From a virus, in the IMG/VR virus record IMGVR_UViG_3300046492_000199: a stretch of 64,000 nucleotides of DNA, one strand, 5' to 3'. Position 1 is the stretch's first letter, and every line of letters starts with the position of its first letter. Under the pieces are notes generated by a model. The model did no database searches, was not told the DNA's origin, and worked only from the letters and a program-made list of their open reading frames with translations. The position numbers and the translations under genes are program-made. Below, piece after piece: positions 18,177-25,608 of this stretch.

Positions 18177-18183
18177 GTCTTAG

Positions 18184-18810
18184 TTAAACAATCGTTTCTT
18201 TAATTCCAGCAGCCTTGGCGCGATCTTCGTCACTAAATTCCATAGCGAAACTCAAGCCACTATCTGCCGAAGCATACAAAGCACTACGGTTTGCTACTGA
18301 CTTAAATGCTTGATCGTAATTACCCTTAGTCATATTCAGAGTCGAACCTGACAGAACACCTAGACCGCCGCTCTGACCAAACGCGTCAAAGTCAGCACCA
18401 ATGAAGATAACGTCATAGCCCTTTGTCTTAAAATCGTCAATAGACTTTTTAGCATTATCTTTAGTAATTTCGCGGCTCGCATTTTCAAGGCCGTCAGTTA
18501 CGACTACAATGGTAGCTTTCTTAGGAGCCTTGAGGTGAATGGTCTGAGCCAGAGTGCCAATAGCGTCGAACAAAGGTGTCATCCCGCGCGGCATAACTTC
18601 GTTAGCTGCAATTGGAGTCCATTCCTTGATCTTCACTTCGGAACGAATAACTTTAAAAGGTTCCTGATTGTCAAAAACGGCAACAGTGATATCACCCTTC
18701 TTAACACCATTTTCACTCAAGGCAGCGGCGTAAGCATTTACCGCGCCAATGGTTTCGGTCCAGTTAGAAGACATGGAACCGGATCGATCAATAAGAATAT
18801 AAATCTTCAA
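18184..18810 (-). CDS. von Willebrand factor A domain protein
   Basis: MIDAS DRSGSM, GMTPLFDAI, VVTDGLEN; TTG start at 18810 avoids tRNA-Ser. Confidence 0.85.
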   Translation of the reverse strand: MKIYILIDRSGSMSSNWTETIGAVNAYAAALSENGVKKGDITVAVFDNQEPFKVIRSEVKIKEWTPIAANEVMPRGMTPLFDAIGTLAQTIHLKAPKKATIVVVTDGLENASREITKDNAKKSIDDFKTKGYDVIFIGADFDAFGQSGGLGVLSGSTLNMTKGNYDQAFKSVANRSALYASADSGLSFAMEFSDEDRAKAAGIKETIV

Positions 18811-18826
18811 TTTCGTTCTTTCTATA

Positions 18827-18919
18827 TGGCGGAAGAGGTGCGGATTCGAACCCACGGAACGCCTTTCGACGTTCGCTCGCTTTCAAGGCGAGTGCCTTAG
18901 ACCACTCGGCCACCCTTCC
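18827..18919 (-). tRNA. tRNA-Ser(TGA)
   Basis: Class II cloverleaf, loop CTTGAAA, CCA. Confidence 0.9.
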
Positions 18920-18929
18920 AATTCTGTGA

Positions 18930-19011
18930 TGGAGCACTCCGCGAGACTCGAACTCGCATTTTCGTTCCAGTTAGCTTAGTCAACGTTCGTAGCGCTGCGG
19001 CATAGGAGTGC
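18930..19011 (-). tRNA. Atypical tRNA-Arg(ACG)-like RNA lacking a D-arm
   Basis: 7-bp acceptor, T-arm, CAGCG-CTACGAA-CGTTG anticodon arm, CCA; only 7 nt where the D-arm should be. Confidence 0.65.
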
Positions 19012-19016
19012 GTGTT

Positions 19017-19388
19017 TTAAAAATCTTTCTTAGCGTCACGAAGCAGGATCAGTGAGGTATGATTTTCAGGTAGAAAATATTCGTACACAAGATCGATCAC
19101 AACATCTTCGTCATAGTCTTTACAGCTGAAAATGTCAAGATAAAAATCGCCATCTGTTTCGCAGAAGTGGCCCGTAATGTTGGACGTTTCAATCATCTGG
19201 ATAAAAGAAATGCCAGCTTTAACCGGATCATGCGTTGCGAAACGCTCGATCCAGAGCGGGCCGTACTTGATCATATCAATCTTTACAACAAGTTCGTCTA
19301 CGAACTTAGCGATATGGTCCTTAGACGTGATGGCGGGGATAGCCCCCGCTCTTGCGTCGATTACGATATGCTTACCCCAATAGTCCAT
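19017..19388 (-). CDS. speD: S-adenosylmethionine decarboxylase proenzyme family
   Basis: WGKHIVID, IETSNITGH self-cleavage Ser, YLDIFSCK. Confidence 0.82.
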   Translation of the reverse strand: MDYWGKHIVIDARAGAIPAITSKDHIAKFVDELVVKIDMIKYGPLWIERFATHDPVKAGISFIQMIETSNITGHFCETDGDFYLDIFSCKDYDEDVVIDLVYEYFLPENHTSLILLRDAKKDF

Positions 19389-19787
19389 TTATAAATCTTC
19401 CTTGCACTCGGCCCAAGAAACTGGTTGGTTAGTGATCCATTTTTGAGTAAACGAATCGTACTTCTTTCTAAATCCACCGGGATAAGAAGTTTCAATGCCG
19501 TTCTTATGTCTTAGTTTTAGATAATGAATTGCGTGATCGGTCTTTAATTTCTCTACACCTTCTGGTGTAATTCTGTTATCATCGTCTACATCATTGATAT
19601 AATATTGACAAAGATAGTCATTGTAATGGATGTTGGACCAATCGGTTAGGCCTATCACATCAATTAAATAATCTTCAAATTGCTCATCGGCTCTTTGATA
19701 ATCTTCTAAAATAATGCCAAACTTAAGAGGCTGGTTCATCAACGTTAAAACCTTGACGCTTGGAACCAAAAGGATAGGTCTTGCCAA
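19389..19787 (-). CDS. Hypothetical protein
   Basis: 132-aa ORF; start uncertain. Confidence 0.5.
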   Translation of the reverse strand: MARPILLVPSVKVLTLMNQPLKFGIILEDYQRADEQFEDYLIDVIGLTDWSNIHYNDYLCQYYINDVDDDNRITPEGVEKLKTDHAIHYLKLRHKNGIETSYPGGFRKKYDSFTQKWITNQPVSWAECKEDL

Positions 19788-19992
19788 GATTTAGATAAGG
19801 CTCGTAGCGCTCATAGCGAGGCTTGGCGTAGGCAACAAATTCACCCTTAATCTGACGACCTTCGACCAGCTGATCCAGCGGGTGGACCTTGTAGCCCTTT
19901 AGCTTGGCTTCGATGCGGCGCTCCGTAGTAAGTTCAAATTCTGTAACCTTGTCATCGAAAGATTCAATAACCGACGTTGTAGCTGTTTCCAA
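19723..19992 (-). CDS. Hypothetical protein
   Basis: 89-aa ORF with RBS, TTG start. Confidence 0.5.
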   Translation of the reverse strand: METATTSVIESFDDKVTEFELTTERRIEAKLKGYKVHPLDQLVEGRQIKGEFVAYAKPRYERYEPYLNLGKTYPFGSKRQGFNVDEPAS

Positions 19993-20022
19993 GTTTAAAT
20001 TTCCTTATTTATAATTTCTAAT

Positions 20023-20097
20023 TGGCACGACGCCGTGGTCTCGAACCACTCTCTTCAGTTTTGGAGACTGAGGTTTTACCAGATAAACTATCGCCGC
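20023..20097 (-). tRNA. tRNA-Trp(CCA)
   Basis: Loop CTCCAAA, CCA; mismatches at the acceptor/T junction. Confidence 0.75.
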
Positions 20098-20105
20098 AAA
20101 GAGTT

Positions 20106-20429
20106 TTAGAGAAGTGCTTCAATAGCTGCTTGGACCATTTGATCCGCGCTCTGCTTTGAATTTGCGTATTCTTCTAATGGATCAAGAAGTTCATATTCCC
20201 ATCCACTATTGCCTAATGGGCGCTTGCCGCTAAAGCTTTCACCTTCGTCCCATAACACGGATAGAAGGGTTACGAGATATTCGCGAACCGTGGCAGCGCC
20301 AGCGTCATTTTCTTCTTCATTTAATGGAAGTTCTAAAATTTCTTTGCCGGATAACACTTTAATACTTTCTATTTTTATAATTGGTGCAGCTTCTTGGTTC
20401 CGCCCCAAGCTCTCTTGTGCTTCAAACAA
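20106..20429 (-). CDS. Hypothetical protein
   Basis: 107 aa; LW.EGESFSGKRPLGNSGWEYEL motif. Confidence 0.6.
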   Translation of the reverse strand: MFEAQESLGRNQEAAPIIKIESIKVLSGKEILELPLNEEENDAGAATVREYLVTLLSVLWDEGESFSGKRPLGNSGWEYELLDPLEEYANSKQSADQMVQAAIEALL

Positions 20430-20477
20430 GCGCTTTCACTAGATTAGCTTAAACTGCGAAACTACTAGAAGGGGAAA

Positions 20478-20565
20478 TGGTGGTCAGTCCATTCGCGTTG
20501 CCTTCGTAGCAGGAAGTAAGCGTGTATCCAAGACCATTACAGGACAGTGAAACTTACTTCTACTT
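20478..20565 (-). ncRNA. Candidate structured RNA ending in CCA
   Basis: GAAGTAAG/CTTACTTC and TGGTC/GACCA helices, ends GACCACCA, abuts tRNA-Gly. Confidence 0.4.
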
Positions 20566-20569
20566 AATT

Positions 20570-20644
20570 TGGAGCGGGTAGTGGGGATTAAACCCACGAC
20601 ATTCTGGTTGGAAGCCAGACGCTCTATCACTGAGCTACACCCGC
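20570..20644 (-). tRNA. tRNA-Gly(TCC)
   Basis: Loop CTTCCAA, U73, CCA. Confidence 0.85.
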
Positions 20645-20650
20645 AAATTC

Positions 20651-21286
20651 TTAATAGGACTTACCGTCTTTATATCGTCTTCGTCTACTATGTCGGCCTT
20701 TACCTACATTTTTAGCTTTATAAGTTGGTGTCATAGCGTGACAAGTAGGGCATAGCAATCTGCAATTCTCTAGTCTATTATCTTTAAAATCCCCATTGAT
20801 ATGATCTATCTCAATAGGTATAACTTCACCAAGTTTATGCGTTTCATGGCACTTAGAACACTCTATCCCATTGTTTCTTATTAAATAGGATTTAATTGTT
20901 ACTGAAGAGGCAGTCCCACTTAAAACACTTAATTCTAGCTCAGAGTTGCGGTTGGCTACAAAACATTTCATAGAGCAAAATTTAGAATTTTTTGTCCTAC
21001 ATTTACAATGAAAACACTCTATTATTGGCCTTCGATCTTTAGGTCTTTGCGGTGGCCCAATTTTATCGTTACTGTGGTCTATTCGTTTGAAATTATTAAA
21101 TGTAGCTCCGCAAGACTTAGAACAAAAATCGTTCTTTCTCTTATAATAAGTTAAAGAATTATTGCACCATTTGCAAATCTTTGGATTTGAGTTATAATCG
21201 TCAATTCGTTTTTGTTTCGCAATAGCATTGGCTAATTTAGATTTTTCCGCCCCTAGACGGCCAGCTTCTGATTTTGTTAGTTTCAT
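20651..21286 (-). CDS. HNH homing endonuclease
   Basis: Cys-rich N-terminus; IEIDHINGDFKDNRLENCRLLCPTCH. Confidence 0.88.
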   Translation of the reverse strand: MKLTKSEAGRLGAEKSKLANAIAKQKRIDDYNSNPKICKWCNNSLTYYKRKNDFCSKSCGATFNNFKRIDHSNDKIGPPQRPKDRRPIIECFHCKCRTKNSKFCSMKCFVANRNSELELSVLSGTASSVTIKSYLIRNNGIECSKCHETHKLGEVIPIEIDHINGDFKDNRLENCRLLCPTCHAMTPTYKAKNVGKGRHSRRRRYKDGKSY

Positions 21287-21302
21287 AATACTTTAAATGA
21301 TT

Positions 21303-21376
21303 TGGTGCCTCCACCCCGAATCGAACAGGGAAACTCGCGTTACAAAGGCGAAGTTATACCATTTAACTATGGAGGC
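21303..21376 (-). tRNA. tRNA-Thr(TGT)
   Basis: Loop TTTGTAA, CCA. Confidence 0.85.
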
Positions 21377-21391
21377 TTTAAAGATTGACGC

Positions 21392-21718
21392 TTACGCGTC
21401 AATCCACTTAAAAATGTCTTCCCTAGTGATTTGCTTATCACCGTACTTATTAACCATAGCGAGGACGCGAGGCACAATAACAACCACTAGCTTATTGCTG
21501 CTGTGGATTTTTACCTCGACAGACTTGTAAGCCCTGCCATCTAGGAATGCACGAGCTAAGAAAGTGGCTCGATTTTCATTTCTAACTTCCCATGTTCTGT
21601 GTTGTCTCAGGGACCAGAACGCGGGCTTGTTTTTTGCTTTTTGTTTCCTCTCTTCAAAGCGGATAATTTTTGCTTCTTCAGAGAGGTGCTTAGATTTAAC
21701 TTTAAGTTCGATACTCAT
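21392..21718 (-). CDS. Basic hypothetical protein
   Basis: 108 aa, GGAG RBS. Confidence 0.65.
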   Translation of the reverse strand: MSIELKVKSKHLSEEAKIIRFEERKQKAKNKPAFWSLRQHRTWEVRNENRATFLARAFLDGRAYKSVEVKIHSSNKLVVVIVPRVLAMVNKYGDKQITREDIFKWIDA

Positions 21719-21871
21719 TTGTATTCTCCATTAGATAATTTTTTGTCATTAGTCAAGTGTTTATTTTAACTAAATTAGGCGGGCCTCTGATACAGGTCGC
21801 ACCATTATCTATTGAAGTAACGCACTTTAGGACTCAGCTAAAAATAATCATTATCATTTTCCTATGTTATT

Positions 21872-21947
21872 TGGTGCGCCTACGTGGAAACGAACCACGT
21901 TAGGGAGATTTGAAGTTTCCTGCATAACCCATACATGCTCTAGGCGC
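21872..21947 (-). tRNA. tRNA with TCA anticodon (opal-suppressor-like)
   Basis: 76-nt canonical cloverleaf, loop CTTCAAA, perfect 7-bp acceptor, CCA. Confidence 0.75.
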
Positions 21948-22247
21948 TGATATTCTAATTAAAGCTTCGAGCAACTCATCATATTTAGCTGCGCTCTCTG
22001 CCTTAGCTTTTGCGATAAGAGGAATACAATCTTCCACATATCCCAAAATGTTTTTCTGGTTAATTCTACTCTCGCCTCTGAATTCACCATCGGCGGCGTA
22101 CTCACCAGTTATATAGTATTCTCCGTCTCGGTATCCCGGTCCAGAGCCGATATAGTTCCAAAGCTCGTGTATCGTAAGCATTGGGCCGTTTGAATAATCG
22201 CCAGAGTTATAAAGAACGTTTCTGTTGCAATCATAAAGCTGTGGCAT
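21900..22247 (-). CDS. Hypothetical protein
   Basis: 115-aa ORF whose 3' end runs into the TCA tRNA. Confidence 0.5.
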   Translation of the reverse strand: MPQLYDCNRNVLYNSGDYSNGPMLTIHELWNYIGSGPGYRDGEYYITGEYAADGEFRGESRINQKNILGYVEDCIPLIAKAKAESAAKYDELLEALIRISAPRACMGYAGNFKSP

Positions 22248-22326
22248 ATCATCCCTTTAAACTTTGGTCGAAGCTTCTCACTCCGCTGTCGATTGCTTGG
22301 CCCATCGATAATGCCGACCATAAATT

Positions 22327-22406
22327 AGGTCTGAGTGGCAAGGATTTGAACCTGCGACCTTCCTCTTCATTGGTGAGGACGCTCTGTCCAGCTGAGCTAC
22401 ACCCAA
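22327..22406 (-). pseudogene. tRNA-like element with 9-nt anticodon loop
   Basis: Normal D-arm and acceptor, loop ACCAATGAA, T-stem bulge, ends ACCT rather than ACCA. Confidence 0.6.
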
Positions 22407-22535
22407 GTTAGCGCCGGACTCTTTCCCGACTGTCTCGCACTTGGCTTTTGTCGAATATAGTTGCCGTGGATCAGACGGTACTTTAATTCGCGGAGCCTCG
22501 ACCCATGTTGCGCAACGGGCTTGCGTTCAAAACCT
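22407..22535 (-). ncRNA. Candidate structured RNA
   Basis: Hairpins GCCC/GGGT, CCGT/ACGG, GTCGG/CCGGC between two tRNA elements. Confidence 0.35.
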
Positions 22536-22539
22536 CAAT

Positions 22540-22616
<77 letters not shown>

Positions 22617-22617
22617 T

Positions 22618-22717
22618 TATTCTTTTATTGTGGGGCACCAGTACCTAACAAAAACACCTCGGATGCAGCGAGATGAAGGTTAGGTTTGCACCCTGAGTGC
22701 CACCCAATAAAAGAATA
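22618..22717 (-). ncRNA. 100-nt rod-like hairpin
   Basis: 13-bp perfect closing repeat plus nested helices. Confidence 0.45.
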
Positions 22718-22811
22718 CACGCTAGGATGAATGAAGAAAGCGGCGTACCTGTTTCATCACTCTTCAATTCCTTAAGACGCCTAGCCGCCTTCTTTAAACC
22801 AGTATCCAAAC

Positions 22812-22928
22812 TGGCACCAGAGGTCGATTCAAGTTTTAATTCTTTGTTACTAACAAGAGGCCAATCCTGTCAAGAACCATTAACCTATTCGGAGGCAAAT
22901 CGACACGCCCTTACGCACCACATGGGCC
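22812..22928 (-). ncRNA. Candidate structured RNA ending in CCA
   Basis: GGCCCA/TGGTGCC closing helix, GTCGATT/AATCGAC 7 bp. Confidence 0.45.
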
Positions 22929-22935
22929 GTAATTT

Positions 22936-23073
22936 TTAGAACCCGTTCTGCCTAGCAATTTCCCTAATATCGCAACGCGAGATACCAAGATCGGCAAGTT
23001 CCCTATTTGTCAAACGCTCCAATTCGCGAATCGTCTGACGCTGCTTCTTCCACTTTGAGAAAAATTCGAACAT
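22936..23073 (-). CDS. Short DUF1127 family protein
   Basis: MFEFFSKWKKQRQTIRELERLTNRELADLGISRCDI. Confidence 0.85.
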   Translation of the reverse strand: MFEFFSKWKKQRQTIRELERLTNRELADLGISRCDIREIARQNGF

Positions 23074-23358
23074 GATATTTCCTTCTAATGTTCTAGTTTT
23101 CTCCTCCACCAACCTTCTTCCAATGAATTGGAAGAAGGTCATATTGCTTCCCACGCAAATTAAATTCACCAAAGACATATTAAACTACCTGTAAAGAAAA
23201 TGTTTACAGAGTGGAACGGGATGGTCCACAACGACGCTGGTTTTTGCAGAGAACTCCCCCACTACTTACCAAGGGCTGTTTTGTCTAAATCCGTGTACGC
23301 CGATTATTCCCTCAACTGTCCTTATCACTACGGTTCGAAACGTCGTACAACGTAACGG

Positions 23359-23386
23359 ATTATAGCTATGGCGAAACTGGTGTCAA
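23359..23386 (-). promoter_or_regulatory. Sigma70-type promoter with -35 inside tRNA-Ile
   Basis: TTGACA-N16-TATAAT. Confidence 0.55.
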
Positions 23387-23453
23387 AAACTGGACTTGAA
23401 CCAATAACCTCTCCCTTATCAAGGGAGTGCTCTAACCATTGAGCTATTCTGAC
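23378..23453 (-). tRNA. tRNA-Ile(GAT)
   Basis: Loop TTGATAA, CCA. Confidence 0.9.
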
Positions 23454-23460
23454 TTATTTC

Positions 23461-23600
23461 TGTTTCTCGGCCACACCCTTCTAGCTTTTTATCTAGAATT
23501 TCGCCGCAATTCACGTCTGATTCGCTGACACCGTTTTTAGCGCGCGGAGTTAACAATTCCGCCTTCGTACTGACGTGCCGAAAGATGTGGCCGAGAAACA
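23461..23600 (-). ncRNA. 140-nt multibranch structured RNA candidate
   Basis: 15-bp perfect closing repeat TGTTTCTCGGCCACA, three internal helices. Confidence 0.5.
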
Positions 23601-23825
23601 GCACCTTATTTCCTAATATAGCTACTTTGGGCTGCGAATTTTGGAGGTGCCGTATCAGATATTACTTAGTTTCAGAAGTCTTAGATGGTACAATCTCTAC
23701 GCCATTAATATAAACAGCGACGTACTTAGTGCCATCTGTGTTTTTAATTTCTTTAGTCGTTACCATGTCATGCTCCAAAAGTTGTAGATAAAAGTGTCGG
23801 GTGAAACTTTTATCTTATTATAATT

Positions 23826-23902
23826 TGGTTGCGGGTGTCAGAATCGAACTGACGTGATTGGCTTATGAGACCATGCTGGAACCGCCTCCAGTCCAACCCG
23901 CA
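23826..23902 (-). tRNA. tRNA-Met(CAT), possibly initiator-like
   Basis: Loop CTCATAA, CCA. Confidence 0.8.
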
Positions 23903-23928
23903 AAACTTTGTAATCATTTAATGCACGA

Positions 23929-23957
23929 ACTATAACACAGGTTTTTCGTTTTGTCAA
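23929..23957 (-). promoter_or_regulatory. Promoter of the tRNA cluster
   Basis: TTGACA-N17-TATAGT. Confidence 0.75.
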
Positions 23958-24256
23958 GCATTAATTTTGTAATTTTTATTAAAATCTTTTTCAGGAACGA
24001 TTTCAAAGGTCTGATTGTCGTTGAAAATAATATAATCTCCAACCATTACCGTTTCGGAAGATGAATCGCCACAAGTAAACGTAACAAAAAGTCTATCCTT
24101 TGCTACGAGCATTGACTCGCTTTCAGGTGGTAAATGAATTTGAAAATCTTCGCAGAGATAATCATAATGCAATTTTTCAATTAGAGAAAGTGCGTTAGTG
24201 AAATTAAATTGGGCCGCGCCCACATTCTGAGAAATTTTGGTGTAGGTTTTAATCAT
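23954..24256 (-). CDS. Hypothetical protein, paralog family with 24253 and 24789
   Basis: Y.K..A.QF ... GDYII ... F...Y pattern. Confidence 0.6.
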   Translation of the reverse strand: MIKTYTKISQNVGAAQFNFTNALSLIEKLHYDYLCEDFQIHLPPESESMLVAKDRLFVTFTCGDSSSETVMVGDYIIFNDNQTFEIVPEKDFNKNYKINA

Positions 24257-24558
24257 GCTTTGTATTCCACAAATGTTCCTAGAAATGTATAATTGTCCAC
24301 CACGCTAACTTCGCCGTCAGGAGCACTAACAAGGTAATTTCCTTCCGCGATGGTCCAAACCGTACCAACATTTTCTTTATTGGTGAGGGTTAGCGTTAGA
24401 ATTCTGGTGTCGAAGTCAAGTGAAGCCTTTACGTCTTGGCCTTGGTTACGCGATGCACCTACAATAAATTTACTGGCTGCAATGAAAGAATCAGCATCTT
24501 TGACAGAAAACTTCGCGGCTCGATATTCAGGTGTTCTCAATTTATAACTGCTAAACAT
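24253..24558 (-). CDS. Hypothetical protein, same family
   Basis: YK...AAKF ... GNYLV ... F..TF. Confidence 0.6.
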   Translation of the reverse strand: MFSSYKLRTPEYRAAKFSVKDADSFIAASKFIVGASRNQGQDVKASLDFDTRILTLTLTNKENVGTVWTIAEGNYLVSAPDGEVSVVDNYTFLGTFVEYKA

Positions 24559-24814
24559 TCTTAATCCATTCCTCAATAATTGCTTTCGTGACAGCGCCAA
24601 TCTTCGTCCCGACCAACACGCCATCGCCGTTATAGATTTGCATCGTTGGTACGGCTTTGATTTTCTCTTTTTCTGCTATAGCAGGATTTTTATCAATGTC
24701 AATCACTTTGTGACGAAATCCGTCTAAATGTTTAACAAGTTCAAGAGAAGGTGCGTCCCACGAAGTGACATAAGCTGTGATGAAATAATTAGTCGAGGAC
24801 AATGGCGCGCTCAT
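24551..24814 (-). CDS. Thioredoxin-fold protein without CxxC
   Basis: WDAPS at the WCGPC position, DID..P.IA, VPT cis-Pro. Confidence 0.7.
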   Translation of the reverse strand: MSAPLSSTNYFITAYVTSWDAPSLELVKHLDGFRHKVIDIDKNPAIAEKEKIKAVPTMQIYNGDGVLVGTKIGAVTKAIIEEWIKNV

Positions 24815-25220
24815 ATGGGAAAATTCCGTCAGTAGGGAGAGGGCGGGGCTGATAAGGAGTAAAGCCGGGAGGTGTCTGACCCGGAGGGTAGTACCATTCC
24901 TGCGTCGTTACTTCTGGTGGAGCAGGTTCGAAAATTTCGTTAAATTGCGCTTCACTCATAACATCATAATCGTTGTCACCGAATACGACATAATCACCTT
25001 CCTTAATCGTGTCAATAGTGTATTCGTTTACTTCAAATGAAATGACTAAATGGGGGAAGTTGTCAGTTGGGACACTGACCTCGAATGTATCCCGCCTCGC
25101 ATAAGGCTCTAACTTAATCAAAAGTTCGCCTAAAGTCTCTTTAGTAAGTTTGAGCGCTTCGACTTCCGTTGATTTCTTCGGTACAAATTTATTGCCTACC
25201 ATAAATGAAAAACTCTCCAT
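24789..25220 (-). CDS. Hypothetical protein, same family
   Basis: KFVPKKS.EVEA.KL ... GDYVV ... F.EIFE. Confidence 0.6.
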   Translation of the reverse strand: MESFSFMVGNKFVPKKSTEVEALKLTKETLGELLIKLEPYARRDTFEVSVPTDNFPHLVISFEVNEYTIDTIKEGDYVVFGDNDYDVMSEAQFNEIFEPAPPEVTTQEWYYPPGQTPPGFTPYQPRPLPTDGIFPYERAIVLD

Positions 25221-25275
25221 AAATTTAATTATGAAGAGCTTTTAACATAACGATTTTAGAAAGTCAATAGGAAAT

Positions 25276-25602
25276 TTAAAGTTTTGATGCCCTTTTCCAT
25301 AATTCGTCTAAATCGGCTCCCGTCATGCCTTGAATAGCGCCAAACACGCTGACGAACTTATTGCCTCGATTAAATGTTGTCGCGCCGCAGAGTTGCATCT
25401 TAGCGTCGAATTGATCCGCCTCGGGCAGAGCACTAATGAAACTAAGGAATTGCGTCGGCAAGGTGCCAGTCATGACAGCGCCAAGTGCTTCTTCTTTAGA
25501 GATAAGTCCCATAATCGCCAACTCCTGAAAGAACTGGCGATCACTGATTTCTGATGGAACGTAATCTTCTGTTACGGCATTGCCCCAAAGTCTAGGTGCC
25601 AT
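25276..25602 (-). CDS. Tail fibre-associated/assembly protein
   Basis: ISDRQFFQELA..G.IS.EEAL motif; directly after fibre gene. Confidence 0.55.
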   Translation of the reverse strand: MAPRLWGNAVTEDYVPSEISDRQFFQELAIMGLISKEEALGAVMTGTLPTQFLSFISALPEADQFDAKMQLCGATTFNRGNKFVSVFGAIQGMTGADLDELWKRASKL

Positions 25603-25608
25603 TATGGT

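Noticed and set aside
21770-21845. Possible cis-regulatory RNA upstream of 21718
   Set aside because: Only short weak helices; cannot be supported without homologs
21872-21947. tRNA-Sec or genome-wide UGA recoding
   Set aside because: No long variable arm or 8-bp acceptor; TGA ends intact genes such as portal and tail terminator
22720-22810. Hammerhead ribozyme (TGATGAAAC inside a 10-bp stem)
   Set aside because: No CUGANGA core and no stem II before GAAA; only a generic hairpin
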